The position numbers and the translations under genes are program-made. This document shows, one piece after another, positions 9,031-17,609 of a stretch of 64,000 nucleotides of DNA. The number at the start of each line of letters is the position of its first letter. Within the stretch, counting starts at the first letter, position 1. The stretch is from an uncultured archaeon (GTDB taxonomy: Archaea; Nanobdellota; Nanobdellia; Pacearchaeales; GW2011-AR1). Below the pieces are notes generated by a model. That model ran no database searches and was not told the DNA's origin. It saw nothing but the letters and a program-made list of their open reading frames with translations. The DNA lies in assembly GCA_903831045.1 (NCBI GenBank), contig CAIKWG010000003.1, positions 415-64,414 on the forward strand. The letters run 5' to 3'.

Positions 9031-9046
9031 ATTTATAAATATTTCG
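9031..9046 (-). promoter_or_regulatory. BRE/TATA promoter (CGAAATATTTATAAAT) about 26 nt upstream of the sepF ATG; a leaderless transcript is likely
   Basis: The motif is read directly from the sequence. Its spacing to the ATG equals the usual archaeal TATA-to-TSS distance. Confidence 0.45.
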
Positions 9047-9071
9047 TAAGTGTTAACTATATATTAATTCA

Positions 9072-9392
9072 CTATTTTTTTGTAGTCTTAAAAACGTCTT
9101 GTCGAAGAGAATCTGCCTTTTTTTCAAATTCTTGTTCTTGTTTTTCAATTGCATTAATTCTTAAATCAAATAATTTTTTCTTTTCTTCCAATTCTTTTTT
9201 TACTTCTTCTCGTCGGACTTTTATCATAAGCTGACTAATTATTTTATAAACATCGTCGGTAGAATTCTGAACTTCTCTCAAAGCAGCATTGGTTTCTGCA
9301 AGTTCCATTTGAAATGCTTGCTTTTGCATCATAAGATTGTGCATATTCTGTTCAAGAATCTGAAGATTTCTAATATTTTCGTTTTGATCCAT
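9072..9392 (-). CDS. pfdB: Prefoldin beta subunit
   Basis: 106-aa two-helix coiled coil. Sits in the conserved L37ae-RpoP-prefoldin beta gene order. Confidence 0.7.
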   Translation of the reverse strand: MDQNENIRNLQILEQNMHNLMMQKQAFQMELAETNAALREVQNSTDDVYKIISQLMIKVRREEVKKELEEKKKLFDLRINAIEKQEQEFEKKADSLRQDVFKTTKK

Positions 9393-9393
9393 T

Positions 9394-9531
9394 TTATTCC
9401 GCCTTGATAGTCTTTACTTTTGTACGAGGTTTGTAGAAAATTTTAGAACCACATTTAGGACATAAAAATCTTTTTTTAAGATCTTTGCTGTCTATTTTTT
9501 CCCCGCAATTAAAGCATTTATATTCTGTCAT
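9394..9531 (-). CDS. rpoP: DNA-directed RNA polymerase subunit P (Rpb12 homolog)
   Basis: Not in the ORF track because it is under 60 aa. My translation is MTEYKCFNCGEKIDSKDLKKRFLCPKCGSKIFYKPRTKVKTIKAE, a CxxC...CxxC zinc ribbon. It has 1-nt junctions with both neighbours. Confidence 0.8.
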   Translation of the reverse strand: MTEYKCFNCGEKIDSKDLKKRFLCPKCGSKIFYKPRTKVKTIKAE

Positions 9532-9532
9532 T

Positions 9533-9751
9533 TTATTCTAAATAATAGGCATGTGCTGCAAAATTTTTATCGCACTTTGTACAATGCCAAACTCCTTTTT
9601 TAATTCTCTTTGCTCCTTCTCTTTTACAAAGTGGGCAAACTTGTTTTTTCTTTTGTTTTGTTTCAACAGAAACCAATTTATCTCTTGGTCTTTTACCATA
9701 ACGTGCTCCGAATCTTCCTGCTGATTTTGTTTTTTTTGATTTTGTTGTCAT
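9533..9751 (-). CDS. rpl37ae: 50S ribosomal protein L37Ae (eL43)
   Basis: MTTKSKKTKSAGRFGARYG...CPLC...CTKC zinc ribbon. The ORF-track start at 9796 would run into the tRNA-Pro gene, so the ATG at 9751 is used. Confidence 0.85.
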   Translation of the reverse strand: MTTKSKKTKSAGRFGARYGKRPRDKLVSVETKQKKKQVCPLCKREGAKRIKKGVWHCTKCDKNFAAHAYYLE

Positions 9752-9766
9752 TTTTCTTCTATAAAA

Positions 9767-9840
9767 TGGGGCTGCCCGGATTTGAACCGGGGTCAAGAGG
9801 TCCCAAACCTCTGAGGCTAACCAGGCTACCCCACAGCCCC
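9767..9840 (-). tRNA. tRNA-Pro (anticodon UGG)
   Basis: Hand-folded cloverleaf. Acceptor GGGGCTG/CAGCCCC, anticodon stem AGAGG/CCTCT with loop TTTGGGA, T-arm CCCGG-TTCAAAT-CCGGG. No intron and no encoded CCA. Confidence 0.85.
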
Positions 9841-9890
9841 ATTAATAAAAAAGAGCTTAGGGTGATTTATAAATTATTTGATTTATGAAC

Positions 9891-10559
9891 CTATTTTTTC
9901 TTCTCTGCTTTTGCTGCAGGTGTAGTAGCTGCAGGAGCAGCGGCAGCAGGAGTAGCAGTTGCCACAGCAGCTGTTGCTTCCTCTTTAGCCTTAAGTTCTT
10001 GTTTAAGCTTAAGTTCTTGTTTAGCCCTAATATCTTGAAAGTAAATATCCATTTGTTTTTTCTTTTCAGGAGAAGTTTCTGTTGAAATATTTTTAATTTC
10101 TTTATCATATTTTCCTGCATCAACGTCTTTTTCAACATCTTTAGCTAGCTTATTTTCAACTAAAACTCCAAGACTTACGCAACTTCCAATAACTGTCTTA
10201 ACTGAAGTTTTTAGATCGTTACATAATAGATTTTGTTGCTTTGTTTTCGCAACTTTGATTATTTGTTCAATAGAAGCGTTTCCAGCATAAGTTTTTGCTT
10301 GCATTCCAGAACCCTTAGGAAGCCCAACTTCTTTTTTTAATAATTCAGAAACAGGTGGAGAAAAAACCTTAACTTCGAAAGTTTTAGTTTTAACATTAAC
10401 TTCTAATTCAATTGGAACTTTCATTCCACTGAAGTCTGCTGTTGCCTCGTTTATTTTTGCAATAACTTGATTAATAGGAATACCGGCTGGTCCAAGTTTC
10501 TGGCTCAAAGCAGGACCTGGCTTCATTGCCCCACCATCAGCTAAAATTTTAATCTGCAT
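9891..10559 (-). CDS. rpl11: 50S ribosomal protein L11 (uL11) with a ~65-aa C-terminal Lys/Glu then Ala/Pro-rich extension
   Basis: The core MQIKILADGGAMKPGPALSQKLGPAGIPINQV... is canonical uL11 and ends near aa 156. The remaining tail ends ...KQELKLKQELKAKEEATAAVATATPAAAAPAATTPAAKAEKKK. Confidence 0.85.
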   Translation of the reverse strand: MQIKILADGGAMKPGPALSQKLGPAGIPINQVIAKINEATADFSGMKVPIELEVNVKTKTFEVKVFSPPVSELLKKEVGLPKGSGMQAKTYAGNASIEQIIKVAKTKQQNLLCNDLKTSVKTVIGSCVSLGVLVENKLAKDVEKDVDAGKYDKEIKNISTETSPEKKKQMDIYFQDIRAKQELKLKQELKAKEEATAAVATATPAAAAPAATTPAAKAEKKK

Positions 10560-10998
10560 CTTCTTCTCTCCTTATTACTTTAACATTATCTAATTTAAGT
10601 GTAACGGGTAATGGGATAACTGCACCCAATAAACTCACTACTACTTCTTCTTTCTGTTTATCTATTCTTAAAACTTTTGCTTTTTCACCTTTTAATGTTG
10701 CACTAATAATTTCAACAATGTCTCCTTCCTTAATTGAAACAGTTGTAGCTGTTTGTTCAACCATGTTTTTTATTTCTTCATAGCTAATAGTTTTTCCAAT
10801 GATACCTTTAACATATTGTAAATTGTAAACTGCTTCTTCTGCTGATTCTCTGTCTTCAGCTTCGAGAAGAACGTATCCTCTCAATCCATTTGGTCTTGAT
10901 ACAGAAAAAACATTAATTGATTTCTTGATAACTCTGTCTGAAATCATGTCTACTGCTCGTTCTTCTTTGTTTGTTGTTACCTTAATAATGAAAATCAT
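10549..10998 (-). CDS. spt5: Transcription elongation factor Spt5 (NusG)
   Basis: NGN domain (..RGYVLLEAEDRESAEEAV..) plus KOW domain (GDIVEIISATLKGEKAKVLRID). Sits in the conserved SecE-Spt5-L11 neighbourhood. Confidence 0.85.
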   Translation of the reverse strand: MIFIIKVTTNKEERAVDMISDRVIKKSINVFSVSRPNGLRGYVLLEAEDRESAEEAVYNLQYVKGIIGKTISYEEIKNMVEQTATTVSIKEGDIVEIISATLKGEKAKVLRIDKQKEEVVVSLLGAVIPLPVTLKLDNVKVIRREEDAD

Positions 10999-11062
10999 TT
11001 GTCTTTGTCTCCACTACCTCCAATATCTTTAGAAGTAGATATATTTATTTGAAAAAGTTAGT

Positions 11063-11350
11063 TTATAAATTTTTGGTTGTATCATCAAGAGGCTTTAGAT
11101 GAACAAGTTCTCTTTCCAGAGGACTTAATTTCTGTGAAGAAACCCATTTTAGATTTAGGTAGTCTGATTTATCTTCAATATTTTTTAATGCAACAAAATA
11201 AACCCTTTCATCATTATTTAGAAGAAGAAATCCATGAACTCTGCTGGTTCTTTTAGCATATCTTGCTCCAAGGTACAACGCTTCCTCAGGTTCTGATTTT
11301 TTTATAGAAATTCTGTAGGTTTTACCATATTCTAAATTATTAGTTTTCAT
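11063..11350 (-). CDS. Hypothetical protein inserted between secE and spt5
   Basis: 95-aa ORF with typical local composition. No family recognised. Confidence 0.4.
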   Translation of the reverse strand: MKTNNLEYGKTYRISIKKSEPEEALYLGARYAKRTSRVHGFLLLNNDERVYFVALKNIEDKSDYLNLKWVSSQKLSPLERELVHLKPLDDTTKNL

Positions 11351-11372
11351 TTTATATCCAAAAAGTTTCTAT

Positions 11373-11540
11373 TTAACTGAACAATTTCATTATAACTGAA
11401 AAAATAAATCCAAAGAATCCAATTACTAAAATACCAAGAGCAGAAATTTTTGCAACAGTTTCGAATTCCTTTTTTGTTGGTTTTCTCATGGTAAACCAAA
11501 CTCTTCTGCATTTACCAAAAAACTCTTTTGCTTTTCCCAT
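11373..11540 (-). CDS. secE: Preprotein translocase subunit SecE (Sec61 gamma)
   Basis: Not in the ORF track (55 aa). My translation is MGKAKEFFGKCRRVWFTMRKPTKKEFETVAKISALGILVIGFFGFIFSVIMKLFS, a basic N-terminus followed by one TM. The position upstream of spt5 is canonical. Confidence 0.75.
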   Translation of the reverse strand: MGKAKEFFGKCRRVWFTMRKPTKKEFETVAKISALGILVIGFFGFIFSVIMKLFS

Positions 11541-11578
11541 AATTAATTTTAGTCAAAATAGTTTTTAAAGTTATTCAA

Positions 11579-11984
11579 TTAAGAAATTTCCTTCAAAAGA
11601 ACTTCAACTCTCGCTTTGATTCGTCTAATTAAATCTTCTCTCTTTTTATCTTCATTTCCATAATAATCCTGGATATTCCATTTAACGATTTTCTTTTTAT
11701 CATTTTTTTCTATATCTCTAAAAATTGAAAGAGGCACATCATTGGCAACAATAATTATCACATCTGCCCACATTAACAATCTATGACTTAAACATCTTCT
11801 TTTTTTTAGGCAATCTCAGTCTAAATTTCTTCCCAGCATTTATTATTTGCCTATCCATTGGATGACCTGGAAATAGTCCTCCACTTTTTGCATTGTTTTT
11901 AGAATTTTTATTTAATTGATTAAATAGAGCTTCCGCAACCTTACTCCTAAATCTATTCCATTTGCAAACGAAAAGAATGTTCAT
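11579..11984 (-). pseudogene. Low-molecular-weight phosphotyrosine phosphatase/ArsC-type gene split by a frameshift at an A8 tract
   Basis: The N-terminal ORF carries the P-loop ILFVCKWNRFRS (CX5R-S). The C-terminal ORF carries ..WADVIIIV.. and WNIQDYYG (the DPY-like acid loop). The frames change at the homopolymer 11800..11807. Confidence 0.65.
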
Positions 11985-11993
11985 AATTATTAT

Positions 11994-13100
11994 CTAATCA
12001 CTTTCAATAAACTCAATTCCCAATTCATCTTCAATTTCCTTGTGTCTAAGTTCTAAATCAGAATGTCCAAATATTTGTGAACTTTTAACTCCAGTCACAA
12101 TTAAAAGAACTCTAATTGATCTATCCATATCTGGAGAAATCTTTGCACCCCAGATCATCTTAGCATCTGGGCTTAACTTATCTCCAACTGTTTTGATTAT
12201 TTCTTTACACTCTTCTAAACTCATATCTGGCCCACCAATAATATTTACCAAAGCCCCACTAGCATCTGCAATATCCACGTCAAGTAATGGGTTTTGAATT
12301 GCTTTTTGAATTGCATCTCTTGCACGAGTTTCTGTATCTGATTCTCCCATCCCAATCAGTGAAACTCCCCCGTTAGTCATAACTGTTCTAATATCTGCAA
12401 AATCTAAATTTACTAAACCTGAAGTTGTAACCAATTCAGTTGTTCCCTTAACAGCATTTGTTAAAATTTCATCAGCAATCTTAAAAGCAGTATGCAAAGG
12501 TAATTCTGGAGCAAGTTCTAACAATTTATCATTTGGAATAACAATCAAAGTATCAACAACTGCTTGCAATCTTTCTAATCCATCCATTGCATTTTCAATT
12601 CTTTTTTGTCCTTCAATTGTAAATGGCATTGTCACAACACCAATGGTCAATGAACCTTGTTTTTTTGCCAGAGCAGCAATTACAGGAGCAGCACCAGTAC
12701 CAGTTCCTCCCCCCATACCGCAGGTTAAGAAAACCATATCTGCACCAGCAATCTTTTTCTTAATATCAGCTTCAGATTCTTTTGCAGCTTCCTGTCCAAC
12801 CTTTGGATTACTTCCAGCACCAAGTCCCTGAGTTAATTCTTTTCCAATTAGAATTTTATGATCTGCGTTAGCATAGAGTAAATCCTGAGCGTCCGTATTA
12901 ACAGCAATTAATTCTCCTCCTTTAATCCCAATTTCTCTCATTCTAGAAAGCGAGTTATTTCCACCACCACCAATTCCAATAACCTTAATCTTAGCAGCTT
13001 GTTTCTTAATTATTTCTTCAAGCTCTCTATCAATCTCTCTAACCTCTTGAGAAATATTTGCAGTATCTCTCTGCGCCTCTTTATCGTAATAAGCATCCAT
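11994..13100 (-). CDS. ftsZ: Cell division GTPase FtsZ
   Basis: GIGGGGNNS, NTDAQDL and the tubulin signature GMGGGTGTGAAPVIA are all present. Confidence 0.95.
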   Translation of the reverse strand: MDAYYDKEAQRDTANISQEVREIDRELEEIIKKQAAKIKVIGIGGGGNNSLSRMREIGIKGGELIAVNTDAQDLLYANADHKILIGKELTQGLGAGSNPKVGQEAAKESEADIKKKIAGADMVFLTCGMGGGTGTGAAPVIAALAKKQGSLTIGVVTMPFTIEGQKRIENAMDGLERLQAVVDTLIVIPNDKLLELAPELPLHTAFKIADEILTNAVKGTTELVTTSGLVNLDFADIRTVMTNGGVSLIGMGESDTETRARDAIQKAIQNPLLDVDIADASGALVNIIGGPDMSLEECKEIIKTVGDKLSPDAKMIWGAKISPDMDRSIRVLLIVTGVKSSQIFGHSDLELRHKEIEDELGIEFIESD

Positions 13101-13158
13101 GATTGGGAAAGAATTTCTGTCTTTATAAAAATTGTTGTGTTATTTTCTAGAGATAATT

Positions 13159-13827
13159 TTATTCGTTCTGAACTGTTTCTTCTTCTTTTTTAACAGCTTT
13201 CTCTTCTATTTCCTCAACAGAAACTTCAAGATTTAATAATTCTTTATATTTGTCCTTAAATAATACAATAAACTTATCCCATCCCTTGGGAGCTTTCATC
13301 TTTAGTGCTGTTCCTTCAATCTTATATTCAAAATTTCTTCTAAAGAAAAATTCATTAACGGCCATAATCTTATCGTTGATATTATCTATTTTTCTTAGAA
13401 TGTTCAATTCATAGATAACATCTTTACCAGCCAGAGGATTGTTAAAGTCAACCATTACTCTTCCACCAGAAACAGTTAAAACTCTTGCAAGTTTTCCATC
13501 AAAATTAAAAACTGCTCCAGGAATAGGGTTAACCTGTTGTTGTCTAAATGTAACAAGAGGAAGCATTTGAATCATTTTTGGATCTCTCTTCCCAAATGCC
13601 TTGTCTGGAGTTAATTCTATTTTATATTCTCCAACTTCTTTTCCAATAAGGTAATCATCAATTGAATTAAGAAACATTCCTTCTCCAAGTGCAAACACAA
13701 ATGGTTTTGCATCTCCTTTCAAGCCGGATTTACCAAGATCTTCTTTCTTATTAGAATCAAAAATTTCTCCGTCTTGCAGTTTTGCAGTGAATTCAACTTC
13801 AATAAAATCTTTCTTTTGTAAAGGCAT
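13159..13827 (-). CDS. FKBP-type peptidyl-prolyl cis-trans isomerase (long archaeal/SlyD-like type)
   Basis: FKBP core with an IF insert (..FVFALGEGMFLNSIDDYLIGKEVGE..., ...GGRVMVDFNNPLAGKDVIYELNI..). Confidence 0.8.
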   Translation of the reverse strand: MPLQKKDFIEVEFTAKLQDGEIFDSNKKEDLGKSGLKGDAKPFVFALGEGMFLNSIDDYLIGKEVGEYKIELTPDKAFGKRDPKMIQMLPLVTFRQQQVNPIPGAVFNFDGKLARVLTVSGGRVMVDFNNPLAGKDVIYELNILRKIDNINDKIMAVNEFFFRRNFEYKIEGTALKMKAPKGWDKFIVLFKDKYKELLNLEVSVEEIEEKAVKKEEETVQNE

Positions 13828-13913
13828 AGAAAGAAAATTAAAACAAGGTTTATAAAATTAATGGACAAATAGCATCTAAATCTTTTATTCAATTATTTCT
13901 CCTCAACTAAAAC

Positions 13914-13921
13914 TTTATAAA
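13914..13921 (+). promoter_or_regulatory. TATA box (TTTATAAA) about 26 nt upstream of the aIF5A ATG; a leaderless transcript is likely
   Basis: Read from the sequence. There is no SD between the TATA box and the ATG. Confidence 0.4.
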
Positions 13922-13942
13922 CTCAATTTTTTTCCATACATT

Positions 13943-14332
13943 ATGGTATTAAAAATCATTGATGCGGTAGAAGCAAGAGCTGGTGCAAATATTCTTCTTG
14001 AAGGTATTCCTTATACAGTAAAGAAAATGGATGTATCTAAAACAGGAAAGCATGGGCATGCCAAATGTAGAATTGAAGCAGCACATATGATTAATGGGAA
14101 CAAAAAAGTTTTCGTTGTTCCAGGTCACGATAGATTTGAAGTTCCAATGGTTAATAAAAGTAAAGCTCAAGTTCTCTCAGTTAATGGAGACAAAGCAAGT
14201 TTAATGGATTTAGAATCTTTTGAAACAATAGAAATGGACATTTCTGAAGAAGCAAAGCCAGAAGTAGTTGAAGGTTGTAATGTTGAATACTGGGATATTG
14301 AAGGAATTAAAATAATTAAGAGGAAAGTCTAA
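13943..14332 (+). CDS. eif5a: Translation initiation factor 5A (aIF5A)
   Basis: Hypusination loop SKTGKHGHAKCRI is present. 129 aa. Confidence 0.9.
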   Translation: MVLKIIDAVEARAGANILLEGIPYTVKKMDVSKTGKHGHAKCRIEAAHMINGNKKVFVVPGHDRFEVPMVNKSKAQVLSVNGDKASLMDLESFETIEMDISEEAKPEVVEGCNVEYWDIEGIKIIKRKV

Positions 14333-14497
14333 ATGGCAACTAAAATTATTGAAGCTCAAAATAGATTATTCAAAAATATTTTTGTTTGTAAAAATTGTAA
14401 GGCTAAGATAAGATCTGATTCTCAAAGAATTCTTAAGGGCAAGGTAAAATGTAGAAAGTGCAAATGCACAAGATTTAGACCAATTAAAAAGAAATAA
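14333..14497 (+). CDS. rpl40e: 50S ribosomal protein L40e (eL40)
   Basis: Not in the ORF track (54 aa). My translation is MATKIIEAQNRLFKNIFVCKNCKAKIRSDSQRILKGKVKCRKCKCTRFRPIKKK, a C4 zinc ribbon. It starts immediately after the aIF5A stop. Confidence 0.75.
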   Translation: MATKIIEAQNRLFKNIFVCKNCKAKIRSDSQRILKGKVKCRKCKCTRFRPIKKK

Positions 14498-14606
14498 ATT
14501 CAATAATTGAATTTATTTCATGCAATTAATCAATTGAAAGAAATAAATCTAATATCTAACCGCCACTCTTTTAAACTCTCTTTTACTAATTAATCTAGGT
14601 GACAAA

Positions 14607-16013
14607 ATGAATTTTATGATCTTAGATTTAATATTATTAGCCATTTTTTTAATTGCAATCGTTAGCTTTTTAATCATTAGAAGAAAAAATCTAAAGCGAG
14701 AGGGTTTACTTTTTTTATACAAAACAAATTGGGGAGTTAAAATAATAAAACACTTCGGTGAAAAAAATAAAAAACTTCTCAAGGTTCTGAGTCATGTTTC
14801 TGTTTGGCTAGGTTATGCTCTAATGGTAGGAATGATTTATCTATTCGGAAAAATAGTTTGGTTATATCTTTTTAATGCTGACGCTGTTAGAGCAATTAAG
14901 GTTCCTCCAATTATGCCTCTAATTCCATATCTTCCACAAATATTCAAACTAAGCTTCCTGCCCCCGTTCTATTTTACCTATTGGATAATAATTCTAGCAG
15001 TAATTGCAATAACTCATGAATTTTTCCATGGGATATTTGCAGCTGCAAGCAATGTAAAAACAAAAAAAACAGGATTTGGATTTTTTCCATTTTTCTTCCC
15101 AGTTTTTTTGGCAGCATTTGTTGAGTTAGATGAGAAGGTTATGACTAAGAAATCAAATTTTTCTCAGAGGGCAGTTTTGTCTGCAGGAACATTTGCAAAT
15201 ATTTTAACTGCAATATTAGGACTTCTTCTTCTCTGGGGATTCTTTGCAGCAGCATTTGCTCCAACAGGAATTGTTTTCGATGACTATGATTATACAATAA
15301 AAAATATTTCTAATATCACGATGATTAATGGGGTTACTCTCGTGAATCCTTCTTACTCGCAGATAGCAGGGCTAATCAAACCTGCTAATAACAGTATTTA
15401 CATCGGGGATCAGGAATTTAAAAAAGTCACGGGGTTTTCTCAGGATAAAACTCTAATTGCTCTATACTATGAATCTCCTGCAATAAAAGCCGAGCTCTAC
15501 GGACCAATTGTAGAGATAAATAATGCAAAAACAAATAGTTTAACTGCATTTCAAACTGAAATGGCAAGGTATTCTCCTGGAGATCCAATAACCATAACAA
15601 CAATTGTGAATGGAGAAGAAAAAGAATATAATCTTTTCCTAGGACAAGATCCAACAAATAAAGATAAAGCCTGGTTGGGAGTTGCAGTCTATGAATCTCA
15701 AAAGGGAATTGTATCAAGCATTGTTTCTTTCTTTAGCTCCTACAAGGACCCACACATTTACTACCAACCTAAGGTTGAATGGTTCCAATTTGTCTACGAC
15801 TTGCTGTGGTGGTTAATATTGATTAGTTTTAGTGTAGCATTAGTGAACATGTTGCCAATGGGTATCTTTGATGGAGGAAGATTCTTTTATCTAACTGTTC
15901 TAGCCATAACTAAAAAACCAAAAATAGCGGAAAAATCCTTCAAGGTTATAACTGCTGTTCTTCTGGCATTATTATTGCTGATAATGGTTTTCTGGGTTAA
16001 AGGAATGATTTAG
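14607..16013 (+). CDS. Site-2 protease family (M50) intramembrane zinc metalloprotease
   Basis: HEFFHG (HExxH) sits in a TM segment. The second signature VNMLPMGIFDGG (NxxPxxxxDG) is also present. Polytopic. Confidence 0.8.
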   Translation: MNFMILDLILLAIFLIAIVSFLIIRRKNLKREGLLFLYKTNWGVKIIKHFGEKNKKLLKVLSHVSVWLGYALMVGMIYLFGKIVWLYLFNADAVRAIKVPPIMPLIPYLPQIFKLSFLPPFYFTYWIIILAVIAITHEFFHGIFAAASNVKTKKTGFGFFPFFFPVFLAAFVELDEKVMTKKSNFSQRAVLSAGTFANILTAILGLLLLWGFFAAAFAPTGIVFDDYDYTIKNISNITMINGVTLVNPSYSQIAGLIKPANNSIYIGDQEFKKVTGFSQDKTLIALYYESPAIKAELYGPIVEINNAKTNSLTAFQTEMARYSPGDPITITTIVNGEEKEYNLFLGQDPTNKDKAWLGVAVYESQKGIVSSIVSFFSSYKDPHIYYQPKVEWFQFVYDLLWWLILISFSVALVNMLPMGIFDGGRFFYLTVLAITKKPKIAEKSFKVITAVLLALLLLIMVFWVKGMI

Positions 16014-16061
16014 TTTTTTTGGAATATAAATCTTTAAAAATATTCTAATTATTGAAAAATC

Positions 16062-16310
16062 ATGGAAGATAAAAATAAACTAGAGATAATGTTAACAAGT
16101 AAAGAAAGAATAAAATCCAATTCGTCTCAAGTTTATTATGAAAACGGAGGACTTGCAAATCAAGAAAAGACTTTTTTATCTAGCAAGTTAAAAATATTGA
16201 ACTACTTTAAACATGCTGAGATTCCACTTCTAATTGAAAGAGATGCTAGTATAAAAATAATTCCGAGAAGTTCAATATCCTATATTGAAATTTACCCGCA
16301 GACTGAATAA
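16062..16310 (+). CDS. Hypothetical protein
   Basis: 82-aa ORF. No family recognised. Confidence 0.35.
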   Translation: MEDKNKLEIMLTSKERIKSNSSQVYYENGGLANQEKTFLSSKLKILNYFKHAEIPLLIERDASIKIIPRSSISYIEIYPQTE

Positions 16311-16355
16311 GCTCTTTTAGAATAAATTTAAAACTCCTTTCTACTAGTTTCTATA

Positions 16356-17345
16356 ATGTCAAATGCTAGAAAAAGAATAAGAAAAGAAACCTATGAACCA
16401 GTTGGAAAACATTCAGCCGTGCAGCTGTGCACTTGGACAAAAAATTCTTTGAGGGATGAAGGAGAATGTTTTAAGCAAAAATTCTATGGAATTAAATCTC
16501 ATCAGTGTTGTCAAATGACCTGTTCAATATTCTGTAATAATCGTTGTATCCATTGTTGGAGAGATATATCCAACGCTCAGGATAAGTTTCCAGAGAAATA
16601 TGATTCTCCAAAAGAAATAATTGAATCAGCTATAAAAGCTCAGAGAAAACTTTTAACTGGGTTTAATATAAATCCAAATTCAAAAAGTAAACAGCTTTCT
16701 AAAGCCAATCAAAATAAATTAAGGGAAGCTCAAAATCCAACTCAATTTGCAATTAGTCTAACTGGAGAACCAACACTTTATCCAAAAATTGGAGAATTAA
16801 TTTCTGAAATCAGAGCAAGAGATTGTACTTCTTTTATCGTGACCAATGGACTTCAGCCAGAAGTAATAAAAGATTTAATAAAAAACAATCAACTTCCGAC
16901 GAGATTATATATTTCGGTAAATACTTCTAACAAAGAAGCATATCAAAAGTTTCATAGAAGTCTAAAGAAAGATGCCTGGGAAAAATTAAACGAAACATTA
17001 AAGTTAATTTCAACAATAAATCAAAAAAATAAAACTGTTTTCAGAATAAATCTAATCAAGGATTTAAATATGGATGACAAATTTATTTCAGAATTTGCGA
17101 ATTTAATAAAGCTTTCAAAACCTGCATTCATAGAGATAAAGGGATTTATGTCCGTTGGGTTTGCAAGAGAAAGATTGGGCTATGAAAGAATGCCTCTGCA
17201 TAGAGAGATATTCCTTTGGATAAAAAAATTAGAAAAAGAATTAAAAGGTACAGGGTATAAACTTCTTAATCAACATAAAATTTCTAGAGCCTATGTTCTA
17301 GGAAAAAATAAAGCTGATTTATTAATTAAGAAAGAGGATTATTAA
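16356..17345 (+). CDS. taw1: tRNA 4-demethylwyosine synthase Taw1 (TYW1 family radical SAM)
   Basis: Radical SAM cluster motif CNNRCIHCW, plus upstream auxiliary Cys residues (QLCTW...CFKQ...CCQMTC). Size and overall layout match Taw1. Confidence 0.8.
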   Translation: MSNARKRIRKETYEPVGKHSAVQLCTWTKNSLRDEGECFKQKFYGIKSHQCCQMTCSIFCNNRCIHCWRDISNAQDKFPEKYDSPKEIIESAIKAQRKLLTGFNINPNSKSKQLSKANQNKLREAQNPTQFAISLTGEPTLYPKIGELISEIRARDCTSFIVTNGLQPEVIKDLIKNNQLPTRLYISVNTSNKEAYQKFHRSLKKDAWEKLNETLKLISTINQKNKTVFRINLIKDLNMDDKFISEFANLIKLSKPAFIEIKGFMSVGFARERLGYERMPLHREIFLWIKKLEKELKGTGYKLLNQHKISRAYVLGKNKADLLIKKEDY

Positions 17346-17346
17346 C

Positions 17347-17565
17347 TTACTTTTTATTATAGGCATGAGTGATAATCTTATACCCTATCATCGGATGTCT
17401 TATCCAAGCTAAACAACCACCAAATCTGCAAAGAGGATTATAAACTTCTTCACGTCCTCCAAGTTCTCTAAGATGTTCTTTAACATAACTATTTTCTTCC
17501 CCTTCTTTAGCAAATTCAAAATCTTTCAAAGCTAAATTATACCCTTTAACAATTTTTTCAATCAT
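17347..17565 (-). CDS. Hypothetical protein
   Basis: 72-aa ORF. No family recognised. Confidence 0.35.
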   Translation of the reverse strand: MIEKIVKGYNLALKDFEFAKEGEENSYVKEHLRELGGREEVYNPLCRFGGCLAWIRHPMIGYKIITHAYNKK

Positions 17566-17609
17566 ATCTTTAATAAATTTTAGAACTATTTAAATTATTC
17601 TTTTTGAAA

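Noticed and set aside
9752-9796. Longer N-termini given by the ORF track for L37ae (to 9796), Rrp41 (to 32452), S2 (to 28836), RNase J (from 36496), kinase-fold A (from 51483), 5497..5799 and the 989-aa protein (M1)
   Set aside because: The extensions would overlap a tRNA gene, an upstream CDS or a TATA box, or they use non-ATG starts. Internal ATGs give canonical N-termini and the usual 1-nt junctions.
9857-10138. Two low-complexity ORFs (9857..10138 minus, 9885..10085 plus) over the L11 tail
   Set aside because: They are alternative-frame readings of the repetitive Lys/Glu/Ala-coding tail of rpl11. The L11 frame is continuous with a canonical core.
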